Shown one piece after another: positions 12,271-24,857 of a stretch of DNA of 64,000 nucleotides. A program made the translations under genes and the position numbers. The notes beneath the pieces were generated by a model that was not told the origin of the DNA, did not search any database, and saw nothing but the letters and a program-made list of their open reading frames with translations. The stretch lies in assembly GCA_965235115.1 (NCBI GenBank), contig OZ249437.1, forward strand, positions 22,010,001 to 22,074,000. The letters run 5' to 3'. Within the stretch, counting starts at the first letter, position 1, and each line of letters begins with the position of its first letter. Origin of the DNA: Laetmonice hystrix. Lineage: Eukaryota.

Positions 12271-15200
12271 CGCCAGTCCCAGTGTCCTGACTCACCTACT
12301 GACAACCCTCACACACACCTGACCACAGCGAGGGTACCACAGCCAGTCCCAGTGTCCTGGCTCACCTACTGACAACTCACACACACCTGACCACAGCCAG
12401 TCCCAGTGTCCTGACTCACCTACTGACAACCCACACACACCTGGCCACAGCCAGGGTACCACAGCCAGTCCCAGTGTCCTGGCTCACCTATTGACAACCC
12501 ACACACACCTGACCACAGCCAGTCCCAGTGTCCTGACTCACCTACTGACAACCCACACACACCTGACCACAGCCAGGGTACCACAGCCAGTCCCAGTGTC
12601 CTGGCTCGCCTACTGACAACCCACACACACCTGACCACAGCCAGGGTACCACAGCCAGTCCCAGTGTCCTGGCTCACCTACTGACAACCCACACACACCT
12701 GACCACAGCGAGGGTACCACAGCCAGTCCCAGTGTCCTGGCTCACCTACTGACAACCCACACACACCTGACCACAGCCAGGGTACCACAGCCAGTCCCAG
12801 TGTCCTGGCTCGCCTACTGACAACCCACACACACCTGACCACAGCCAGTCCCAGTGTCCTGGCTCACCTACTGACAACCCACATACACCTGACCACAGCC
12901 AGGGTACCACAGCCAGTCCCAGTGTCCTGACTCACCTACTGACAACCCACACACACCTAACCACAGCCAGGGTACCACAGCCAGTCCCAGTGTCCTGACT
13001 CACCTACTGACAACCCACACACACCTGACCACAGCCAGTCCCAGTGTCCTGGCTCACCTACTGACAACCCACACACACCTGACCACAGCCAGGGTACCGC
13101 AGTCAGTCCCAGTGTCCTGGCTCGCCTACTGACAACCCACACACACCTGACCACAGCCAGTCCCAGTGTCCTGGCTCACCTACTGACAACCCACACACAC
13201 CTGACCACAGCGAGGGTACCACAGCCAGTCCCAGTGTCCTGGCTCACCTACTGACAACCCACACACACCTGACCACAGCGAGGGTACCACAGCCAGTCCC
13301 AGTGTCCTGGCTCACCTACTGACAACCCACACACACCTGACCACAGCTAGGGTAATACAGCCAGTCCCAGTGTCCTGGCTCACCTACTGACAACCCCCAC
13401 ACACCTGACCACACCGAGGGTACCACAGCCAGTCCCAGTGTCCTGGCTCACCTACTGACAACTCACACACACCTGACCACAGCCAGGGTACCACAGCCAG
13501 TCCCAGTGTCCTGGCTCACCTACTGACAACCCACACACACCTGACCACAGCCAGGGTACCACAGCCAGTCCCAGTGTCCTGGCTCGCCTACTGACAACCC
13601 ACACACACCTGACCACAGCCAGTCCCAGTGTCCTGGCTCACCTACTGACAACCCACACACACCTGACCACACCGAGGGTACCACAGCCAGCCCCAGTGTC
13701 CTGACTCACCACTGACAACCCACACACACCTGACCACAGCGAGGGTACTACAGCCAGTCCCAGTGTCCTGGCTCACCTACTGACAACTCACACACACCTG
13801 ACCACAGCCAGTCCCAGTGTCCTGGCTCACCTACTGACAACTCACACACACCTGACCACAGCCAGGGTACCACAGCCAGTCCTAGTGTCCTGGCTCGCCT
13901 ACTGACAACCCACACACACCTGACCACAGCCAGGGTACCACAGCCAGTCCTAGTGTCCTGGCTCACCTACCGACAACTCACACACACCTGACCACAGCCA
14001 GTCCCAGTGTCCTGGCTCACCTACTGACAACTCACACACACCTGACCACAGCCAGGGTACCACAGCCAGTCCCAGTGTCCTGGCTCACCTACTGACAACC
14101 CACACACACCTGACCACAGCCAGGGTACCACAGCCAGTCCCAGTGTCCTGGCTCACCTACTGACAACCCACACACACCTGACCACAGCCAGGGTACCACA
14201 GCCAGTCCCAGTGTCCTGGCTCACCTACTGACAACCCACACACACCTGACCACAGCGAGGGTACCACAGCCAGTCCCAGTGTCCTGGCCCACCTACTGAC
14301 AACCCACACACACCTGACCACAGCCAGGGTACCACAGCCAGTCCCAGTGTCCTGACTCACCTACTGACAACCCACACACACCTGACCACAGCCAGTCCCA
14401 GTGTCCTGGCTCACCTACTGACAACCCACACACACCTGACCACAGCCAGGGTACCACAGCCAGTCCCAGTGTCCTGGCTCACCTACTGACAACCCACACA
14501 CACCTGACCACAGCCAGTCCCAGTGTCCTGGCTCACCTCCTGACAACCCACACACACCTGACCACAGCCAGTCCCAGTGTCCTGGCTCACCTACTGACAA
14601 CCCACACACACCTGACCACAGCCAGTCCCAGTGTCCTGGCTCACCTACTGACAACCCACACACACCTGACCACAGCCAGTCCCAGTGTCCTGGCTCACCT
14701 ACTGACAACCCACACACACCTGACCACAGCCAGTCCCAGTGTCCTGGCTCACCTACTGACAACCCACACACACCTGACCACAGCCAGGGTACCACAGCCA
14801 GTCCCAGTGTCCTGACTCACCTACTGACAACCCACACACACCTGACCACAGCCAGTCCCAGTGTCCTGGCTCACCTACTGACAACCCACACACACCTGAC
14901 CACAGCCAGGGTACCACAGCCAGTCCCAGTGTCCTGGCTCACCTACTGACAACCCACACACACCTGACCACAGCCAGGGTACCACAGCCAGTCCCAGTGT
15001 CCTGGCTCACCTACTGACAACCCACACACACCTGACCACAGCCAGGGTACCACAGCCAGTCCCAGTGTCCTGGCTCGCCTACTGACAACCCACACACACC
15101 TGACCACAGCCAGGGTACCACAGCCAGTCCCAGTGTCCTGACTCACCTACTGACAACCCACACACACCTGCCCACAGCCAGGGTACCACAGCCAGTCCCA

Positions 15201-16146
15201 GTGTCCTGGCTCACCTACTGACAACCCACACACACCTGACCACAGCCAGTCCCAGTGTCCTGGCTCACCTACTGACAACCCCCACACACCTGACCACAGC
15301 GAGGGTACCACAGCCAGTCCCAGTGTCGTGGCTCACCTACTGACAACCCACACACACCTGACCACAGCCAGGGTACCACAGCCAGTCCCAGTGTCCTGGC
15401 TCACCTACTGACAACCCACACACACCTGACCACAGCCAGTCCCAGTGTCCTGGCTCACCTACTGACAACCCACACACACCTGACCAAAGCCAGGGTACCA
15501 CAGCCAGTCCCAGTGTCCTGGCTCACCTACTGACAACCCACACACACCTGACCACAGCCAGGGTACCACAGCCAGTCCCAGTGTCCTGGCTCACCTACTC
15601 ACAACTCACACACACCTGACCACAGCGAGGGTACCACAGCCAGTCCAAGTGTCCTGGCTCACCTACTGACAACTCACACACACCTGACCACAGGGAGGGT
15701 ACCACAGCCAGTCCCAGTGTCCTGGCTCACCTACTGACAACTCACACACACCTGACCACAGCCAGGGTACCAGGGCCAGTCCCAGTGTCCTGACTCAGCT
15801 ACAGACAACCCACACACACCTGACCACAGCCAGTCCCAGTGTCCTGGCTCACCTACTGACAACCCACACACACCTGACCAAAGCCAGGGTACCACAGCCA
15901 GTCCCAGTGTCCTGGCTCACCTACTGACAACTCACACACACCTGACCACAGCCAGGGTACCACAGCCAGTCCCAGTGTCCTGACTCAGCTACAGACAACC
16001 CACACACACCTGACTACAGCCAGTCCCAGTGTCCTGGCTCACCTACTGACAACCCACACACACCTGACCACAGCCAGGGTACCACAGCCAGCCCCAGTGT
16101 CCTGGCTCACCTACTGACAACCCACACACACCTGACCACAGCGAGG
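12270..16146. repeat. Composite satellite part B: 68/54-bp units, about 60 copies
   Basis: CCTGACCACAG(CCAGGGTACCACAG)CCAGTCCCAGTGTCCTGGCTCACCTACTGACAACCCACACACA. Confidence 0.97.
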
Positions 16147-16572
16147 GAATGGGAGTGGTCACCTGTGGGATACCATCGGATATAATAAGTTTAAGTGTGA
16201 ACCTAGTCTTAAAGCCCAAATGAACGATTTCCTCAACAAATGGTGTTGACGGTCAGACGACCCAGTCATAGTAAGCAGACGTCTGAACACTCGGGCGGGG
16301 GAGCCATGCAGTGAGCGCCATGCAGTGAGCGCCATGCAGTGAGCGACTATCTTGAAGATAATCTTTCTGCTGTTTCTCTCCGCCCCCAGATCCGGGTTTT
16401 TCTTGCCCTGGTATCGTGCCCCTCCTAGCGCTGTTTAAACTCCACGGTTTGCCTCCAGGCCTGCCGTGGCGTCCTCCAGTCCCCCAAGTCGTTTACTCTG
16501 GGCAGTTCGTCAACCACGGACACGATTCTACCATTACAGCCGTATCGTAACTATCACTTATACAAGACAACC

Positions 16573-17309
16573 CAGTTCATTTACTCCAGTTCTTCAACAA
16601 GATTTAACTCTTTATGAGTTCATTTACTCCAGTTCTTCAACAAGATTTAACTCTTTATGAGTTCATTTACTCCAGTTCTTCAACAAGATTTAACTCTTTA
16701 TGAGTTTATTTACTCTAGTTCTTCAACAGGATTTAACTCTTTATGAGTTCATTTACTCCAGTTCTTCAACAAGATTTAACTCTTTATGAGTTCATTTACT
16801 CCAGTTCTTCAACAAGATTTAACTCTTTATGAGTTCATTTACTCCAGTTCTTCAACAAGATTTAACTCTTTGTGAGTTCATTTACTCCAGTGCTTCAACA
16901 AGAGTCAACTCTTTGTGAGTTCATTTACTCCAGTTCTTCAACAGGATTTAACTCTTTATGAGTTCATTTACTCCAGTTCTTCAACAAGATTTAACTCTTT
17001 GTGAGTTCATTTACTCCAGTGCTTCAACAAGAGTCAACTCTTTGTGAGTTCATTTACTCCAGTTCTTCAACAAGATTTAACTCTTTATGAGTTCATTTAC
17101 TCCAGTTCTTCAACAAGATTTAACTCTTTGTGAGTTCATTTACTCCAGTGCTTCAACAAGAGTCAACTCTTTGTGAGTTCATTTAGTCCAGTTCTTCAAC
17201 AAGATTTAACTCTTTGCGAGTTCATTTAGTCCAGTTCTTCAACAGGATTTAACTCTTTATAAGTCCATTTACTCCAGTTCTTCAACGGGATTTAACTCTT
17301 TATGAGTTT
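16573..17309. repeat. Minisatellite, 43-bp unit, about 17 copies
   Basis: GAGTTCATTTACTCCAGTTCTTCAACAAGATTTAACTCTTTAT. Confidence 0.96.
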
Positions 17310-18464
17310 TGAAAAGTAACACAGCCAACTGCAAGATTTGTCGTTTGACGGCGACTACAGCCAGACATAGCCGTGAGAACTCCTGTACAGCGACTGCTAT
17401 GTTAGTAAATAGTTCTGGGGTAATAACCCGACCATTTTGGGCGAGCAGTACCAACTGTGTGGTAGTAAGGAAGACTGTTCTGAGCTTCCATTCCTAGACT
17501 TGTCGCGTGGTGGTTTTATTTCACTTTGAAACATCAACATAAGGAATAGATTTACGCTGCTATAACTTTATTAGAAATCCGACAGCGCTACAGCATCGCT
17601 TTCAGCCATGCAAACATGTTGACTTCCGTATGTGATCTTGGTGGGATCACGTGCCATAAAATATGACAATAATACCACACACGACACACGTGCGTGCAGC
17701 CTGTTAACAAAATCCGGCATTGTCTTAAAAAAACATTTCAAGGTGGTTTCTAACCGGACCAATTCCTCACTGCATTACTTCAACATATAAGCCCGGTCTT
17801 TGAGCGCTGGCCATGAGTGAAATTGTTCGCCGGAGGAGTGGCTGGAGGTCGTCGTGTGGATACATTCAGGTTACAGTAACCACCACACTGTTCGCTCCTG
17901 ACGTGTTGTGTGTCCACCTGAGCGGACAAGGTGAACGGTATTGTACGGGTCTGGTTTCCTCCGACCACGTGGGGCCAACCGCTGTGCCCCACGTGGCGGC
18001 CGGGCCTGGTACCGACCCACGTGGTCGCCACCCATCAACTGTCGGCTCCAATCAAACGTGACCGGCCAAACAGTTTATCACATCGGCCGTCAGGGGGCGC
18101 TACTGATGCAGACACATGGGTTGGTTTTTTCTGGGGTGTGAGCGGCCGATAACTGTCGACTGACGTAATCCAAGCTACATCTCATGTCAGCCAGCCAGCC
18201 CCAGGTACCCACGTCACTCGGCTCATATCTTATCTGGTATCAATCGTGTATTGGCAAAAATATTCGCTTTATCTGATCTGTTCCAATTGTGTATAACAAC
18301 ATTCACACTTTTTCTGAGTTGTGTCTCAATCGTGTATTAGCAAAAAAAATTAAATTTGATCTGAGCTGTTGTTTCAATCGTGTATTAGCAAAATAATTCA
18401 CAGTTTATCTGATTTGTGTCTCAATCGTGTATTAGCAACATAATTCAACCCTTACTACATTTTT

Positions 18465-19838
18465 GTGGGTGCCCTGACAAATTTGTGTGTACCGTCAGTT
18501 ACAGCACTGACAAATTTGTGTGTACCGTCAGTTACAGCACTGACAAACTTGTGTGTACCGTCAGTTACAGCACTGACAAACTTATGTGTACTGTCAGTTA
18601 CAGCACTGACAAACTTGTGTGTACCGTCAGTTACAGCACTGACAAACTTGTGTGTACCGTCAGTTACAGCACTGACAAACTTGTGTGCACCGTCAGTTAC
18701 AGCACTGACAAACTTGCGTGTACCGTACCGCCAGTTACAGCACTGACAAACTTGTGTGTACCGTCAGTTACAGCACTGACAAACTTGTGTGTACCATCAG
18801 TTACAGCACTGACAAACTTGCGTGTACCGTCAGTTACAGCACTGACAAACCTGTGTGTACCGTCAGTTACAGCACTGACAAACTTGTGTGTACCATCAGT
18901 TACAGCACTGACAAACTTGCGTGTACCGTCAGTTACAGCACTGACAAACTTGCGTGCACCGTCAGTTACAGCACTGACAAACTTGTGTGCACCGTCAGTT
19001 ACAGCACTGACAAACTTGTGTGCACCGTCAGTTACAGCACTGACAAACTTGTGTGCACCGTCAGTTACAGCACTGACAAACTTGTGTGTACCGTCAGTTA
19101 CAGCACTGACAAACTTGTGTGCACCGTCAGTTACAGCACTGACAAACTTGTGTGCACGGTCAGTTACAGCACTGACAAACTTGCGTGTACCGTCAGTTAC
19201 AGCACTGACAAACTTGTGTGTACCGTCAGTTACAGCACTGACAAACTTGTGTGTACCGTCAGTTACAGCACTGACAAACTTGCGTGTACCGTCAGTTACA
19301 GCACTGACAAACTTGCGTGTACCGTCAGTTACAGCACTGACAAACTTGTGTGTACCGTCAGTTACAGCACTGACAAACTTGTGTGCACCGTCAGTTACAG
19401 CACTGACAAACTTGTGTGCACCGTCAGTTACAGCACTGACAAACTTGCGTGTACCGTCAGTTACAGCACTGACAAACTTGTGTGCACCGTCAGTTACAGC
19501 ACTGACAAACTTGCGTGTACCGTACCGCCAGTTACAGCACTGACAAACTTGTGTGTACCGTCAGTTACAGCACTGACAAACTTGTGTGTACCATCAGTTA
19601 CAGCACTGACAAACTTGCGTGTACCGTCAGTTACAGCACTGACAAACCTGCGTGTACCGTCAGTTACAGCACTGACAAACTTGCGTGCACCGTCAGTTAC
19701 AGCACTGACAAACTTGCGTGTACCGTCAGTTACAGCACTGACAAACCTGCGTGTACCGTCAGTTACAGCACTAACAGACTTGTGTGTACCGTCAGTTACA
19801 GCACTGATAAACTTGCGTGCACCGTACCGTCAGTTACA
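18465..19838. repeat. Minisatellite, 33-bp unit, about 41 copies
   Basis: GTGTACCGTCAGTTACAGCACTGACAAACTTGT; explains ORFs 18416-19543 and 18718-19866. Confidence 0.97.
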
Positions 19839-20182
19839 CTCACTATTGTGTAGGACTGTCATGTAAGGAAGTAACAGAACCACTCATTACGAACTCCAAG
19901 AGTAACTTCAAACAACTTGACAAGTTCTCAATGAAAGCCTTGTTGTGTGGAAAAACTCCAGCGAGCAATAAAAAGTCGACGATGGCGATCTGTCGTCTGC
20001 TGGCTGGAGTCGCTGAGTACCGACCCTCATGGTAAACTCTCACCAAAGTTTGGTGGTACGAATCAAAACGCTATCACTATCCCAGGCGCCATACCTTTCC
20101 CTAGTCCCGCTTTTCTGACCTCCCCTCAAAACTAACCCCTACCCTTAGCACTGCTCTTTACTTTATCCCCTGCCTCACACGG

Positions 20183-20272
20183 CATGGGACAGTTACCATG
20201 GGGGACAGTTACCATGGGGACAGTTACCATGGGCGACAGTTACCATGGGCGACAGTTACCATGGGGGACACG
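20183..20272. repeat. Short tandem repeat, 15-17-bp unit (GGGACAGTTACCATG)
   Basis: About 5 copies, following a CTAACCCC-containing segment. Confidence 0.8.
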
Positions 20273-21070
20273 GTTCTCCGAGATGATCACAGCTGAGTCT
20301 GACCTTTGACCTCGGACGATGAGTGACACGCAAGCAGGGCATGCCGTACTCATGGCGGGCGATTACCCCTACCCGGTGCCGTGGGGGCACGCACCCCCAC
20401 CCCCTGCCTCCCTCGCCTGTGTCCCTCACCTATGATTATGCCGACATCAAAGGAATGCCGACCGGTCTATACGATTGTTTATACTTACCCACATATCATG
20501 ACAGGATCTTGTTGTCTGGCAGTAATCGCACCCACAGCTGTTTCTAACATGATGGCTTCATGTTGTAGAGTGATTACAATCTGCTCGCCACAGATCATTA
20601 TATGTTGTAGACCTAGAGTTCCCTGGGTTTTTATTTTGAAAGCTTTGTTCATAGTTTGCTATAGAAGTACTCACAATACATCTTTCTTTGCAGAATCCAA
20701 TCCCCTGATGCACTCATCTGTAGTTTGTCTCGTTTAAAACGAGAATCTCGTGATTAACGAGTCAAACAGGCGGGAAGACATCCCTCTAGTGGGGGATACT
20801 GGAACTAAACACGCCCCCTTTACATCTTCTAGCCAAATTTCATGTGGCTCACAGCGGGGGGGTGGGGCTACCGTTTGACCATTTCCACGTAACAATGAGC
20901 CAACAACTTGCTATTAGGGAAAACAGCTATAACCGACAAACAACGCCAGTGTTTGGTAAGCCACATCGTCAGAAATAGAATATTTTTCCCGTGGCTAGCA
21001 GGAATCTAAGAATCTTAAATTGCCTCAGTTCATTTTGAGATTTAATCACACAAACACTCATTCATTTCAG

Positions 21071-21276
21071 AATACCGGTACATCAAACTCTTTCTCCCTT
21101 AAATATAACATAAAACATTTCACAATACCGGTACATCAAAATCTTTCTCCCTTAAATATAACATAAAACATTTCACAATACCGGTACATCAAAATCTGTC
21201 TCCCTTAAATATAACGTAAAACATTTCACAATACCGGTACATCAAAATCTTTCTCCCTTAAATATAACGTAAAACA
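21071..21276. repeat. 53-bp tandem repeat, about 4 copies
   Basis: CAATACCGGTACATCAAAATCTTTCTCCCTTAAATATAAC... Confidence 0.9.
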
Positions 21277-22132
21277 GTCCGGCACTTAGAAGCACTTAGA
21301 ACACTAGACTTGATCTTTTAGTGTTCAGGCCCAAGTCTTGCAAATAGCCGCAATCAAGGCAAAAAACGTTGGCATCCTTGTCATAGTTATCACTGTTTAA
21401 TGGCGAGCAATTTGCATCTGTAATTGAACAATCCATATCATGACAGACACATGTTCTACAGGAGGAAACTATGTGTTATCTGGACTGTTCGCTTTCATGA
21501 TGGCCACATCCTCCCCGTCCCTCCTGCCCGTTAGGCTGATGTAGATTTGCCTTGCCATGATATTGGTCAGTAGGAGCCTGTCCATTTTGTTAGATATTTC
21601 TTCAGTTGACCATATGTGGAAGCTCCGTGAAGACTGTTTGGTGTAGAAGTTGTGGTTAGACTTTCCACAGCTATTACAAGTATTTGCTCAAGGTTTGTGT
21701 AGACTTGCCACGGCCCCAATGAAGTTTCTCACGACTGAGCATGAACTAACTTGGCACGCAGCAAACCCGTCCGCCAGGATAAATCAAAACTAGACTTTCT
21801 TTCTACTTAAACCCTCAAGCTCAAACCGTCAGTATATTTTTCTTACTTGGTCATATGAGTAAATATTTATGTGAAAGAGGACCGCTCTCATTTTTAATAG
21901 TTTGCCCACGGTTTTCACCTCAGAAGTTTATATTTACATCTCTGACGCTTCAAAAAGCCATATTTACCTCTCTGACGCTTCAAAGAGCTTGAAGGAAAAC
22001 ACTTTTTTAATGAAGTTCAACTAAAGGTAAAGCCGTAACAATAGTACGGTTGTGGTAACACTTGGTGTGCTATCATCTAGTGGTTCCAGGTATCGTAAGA
22101 TCTTATCCCAAAGTTAGGCTGCCGGGAGTTGT

Positions 22133-22247
22133 TGTCAGGAGTGACATTTATACCTTTATATTTAAACAAGAAACATTACTTAAGGAAGGTACAATATTTA
22201 CTTATATGCGCTTGTTAAATATAAAGGTATAAATGTCACTCCTGACA
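22133..22247. mobile_element. Small inverted-repeat (MITE-like) element
   Basis: About 37-bp arms TGTCAGGAGTGACATTTATACCTTTATATTTAAACAAG and its reverse complement around a 40-bp spacer. Confidence 0.6.
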
Positions 22248-23397
22248 TAGATATGTAGAGAGCAGCTCCCCATACCGCAAGCGAGTTATACGAAACGCAC
22301 ACCTAATAACCCGAGGAGTAAACGTTACATTGTCGCACTCCCGTATTACACAATTTTTAAACACCTCGTAACTGTGCCTCAAGTGTTGTATCAATATTTT
22401 ATCTACAAACTATATCCTGAGGCGGACACGAACAAATTCTCTTTCTCTAACTCCTCTCCCTGCTGGAAAGTTGGGGTTTTAAAGCCTCTGATGCCGTATA
22501 AGATTTCACTGTTTATATAATGAGAAAAATAATGACCAGCAAAATGACGTTGACTTCCCTTTTAAAATATTAAAAAACCTTTAAAAAGTTGCGAGCCAAC
22601 AATGTTTGAGTGCCGCTGTGTCTGAGAGTTGGGGGTAGAGATGACAACCTATCAGTCACCCGCCCAGCCTAGCGCGGCCAGCCCTTTGTTTCAGATCGGC
22701 AGTGACTCAGCTTGCTGCCCGCCCAGCGTCATCCTTACCGCCCCTTCTGACACGTCCCTGCTATAATTGGCAGTTTCCTATAGACTGGACGAGAGAGCAT
22801 CACAAAGCCGCAGAATCCAACTGGGAGTGGGGAGTTGGCGACAGGGGGCCTACTCTCTAAACTTGCCCGCTTTGTGCAAAAAAAAAATGAAAAAAAAAAA
22901 ATGGTAGGGTTAGTAGCTACTTACATCTGTGACCGTGCACTCTGTCTTTACGTTGCTTAGCTACCTGACCCAGTCTGAGTTTTGTGTCAGTTTTTACCAA
23001 AGCGCCTGCCGCTGTCACAGATCCCACTGGGAGGAATCAGGGCCAGTTGTACCATTTAACACGGCAGCACACATCCATTGGATACTGTTGACTCTTTCTC
23101 AACTTTTTACATAGAAAGTCCCGTAATTGACGATTATTTTGAATGAAAACCATCAGCGGGTCGACTAAAGGCGAGTGTGGAGTTATTTTTCCTGCGGACG
23201 GGTCACACTCTACGCCAATTTGTGTCTTTTTTAACGACCGTTTACCATTGTGCGAGGGCCGTGGGCGGGTTGGCCTGCAGGGAGCGACAATCGTACGGTG
23301 TCGCCCCCTCGTGGTGACGCGAGGAGGCAGGAAATACCGCCACATTTGACGTTATCAAACATATTGTGACGACGTTTGACGTTACGTAATATAGTCT

Positions 23398-24857
23398 GAT
23401 CAGGGCAGGATCAGCAGGGCAATCACACAGGATCGGGGCAGGATCAGCAGGGCAATCACACAGGATCAGGGCAGGATCAGCAGGGCAATCACACAGGACC
23501 AGGGCAGGATCAGCTGGGCAATCACACAGGGTCAGGGCAGGATCAGCAGGGCAATCACACAGGATCAGTGCAGGATCAACAGGGCAGTCACACAGGATCA
23601 GGGCAGGATCAGCAGGGCAATCACATAGGATCGGGACAGGATCAGCTGGGCAATCACACAGGATCAGGGCAGGATCAGCAGGGCAATCACACAGGGTCAG
23701 GACAGGATCAGCAGGGCCATCACACAGGATCAGGGCAAGATCAGCTGGGCAATCATGCACACAGGATCAGGGCAGGATCAGCTGGGCAGTCAGGGCAGGA
23801 TCAGCAGGGCAATCACACAGGATCAGGGCAAGAACAGCTGGGCAATCACACAGGATCAGGGCAGGATCAACAGGGCAGTCACACAGGATCAGGATCAGGG
23901 CAGGATCAACAGGGCAGTCACACAGGATCAGGGCAGGATCAGCCGGGCAATCACACAGGATCAGGGCAAGAACAGCTGGGCAATCACACAGGGTCAGGGC
24001 AGGATCAGCAGGGCAATCACACAGGATTAGGGCAGGATCAGCTGGGCAATCACATAGGATCAGGGCAGGATCAGCAGGGCAATCACACAGGATCAGGGCA
24101 GGATTAGCTGGGCAGTCAAGGCAGGATCAGCAGGGCAATCACACAGGATCAGGGCAAGAACAGCTGGGCAATCACACAGGACCAGGGCAGGATCAGCTGG
24201 GCAATCACATAGGATCGGGACAGGATCAGCTGGGCAATCACACAGGATCAGGGCAGGATCAGCAGGGCAATCACACAGGGTCAGGACAGGATCAGCAGGG
24301 CCATCACACAGGATCAGGGCAAGATCAGCTGGGCAATCATGCACACAGGATCAGGGCAGGATCAGCTGGGCAGTCAGGGCAGGATCAGCAGGGCAATCAC
24401 ACAGGATCAGGGCAAGAACAGCTGGGCAATGACACAGGATCAGGGCAGGATCAACAGGGCAGTCACACAGGATCAGGATCAGGGCAGGATCAACAGGGCA
24501 GTCACACAGGATCAGGGCAGGATCAGCCGGGCAATCACACAGGATCAGGGCAAGAACAGCTGGGCAATCACACAGGGTCAGGGCAGGATCAGCAGGGCAA
24601 TCACACAGGATTAGGGCAGGATCAGCTGGGCAATCACATAGGATCAGGGCAGGATCAGCAGGGCAATCACACAGGATCAGGGCAGGATTAGCTGGGCAGT
24701 CAAGGCAGGATCAGCAGGGCAATCACACAGGATCAGGGCAAGAACAGCTGGGCAATCACACAGGACCAGGGCAGGATCAGCTGGGCAATCACACAGGATC
24801 AGGGCAGGATCAGCTGGGCCATCACACAGGATCAGGGCAGGATCAGCAGGGCCATCA
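23398..24857. repeat. Minisatellite, 33-bp unit, with a 584-bp higher-order duplication
   Basis: CAGGGCAGGATCAGCAGGGCAATCACACAGGAT; variant pattern repeats at an offset of 584. Confidence 0.96.

Noticed and set aside
18416-19866. 375-aa and 382-aa ORFs with (PSVTALTNLCV)n and (TDKLVCTVSYS)n
   Set aside because: The 33-bp unit is a multiple of 3, so it stays open in two frames. Frames swap at 7-bp insertions, there is no splice or start context, and it lies antisense in an LSM4 intron.
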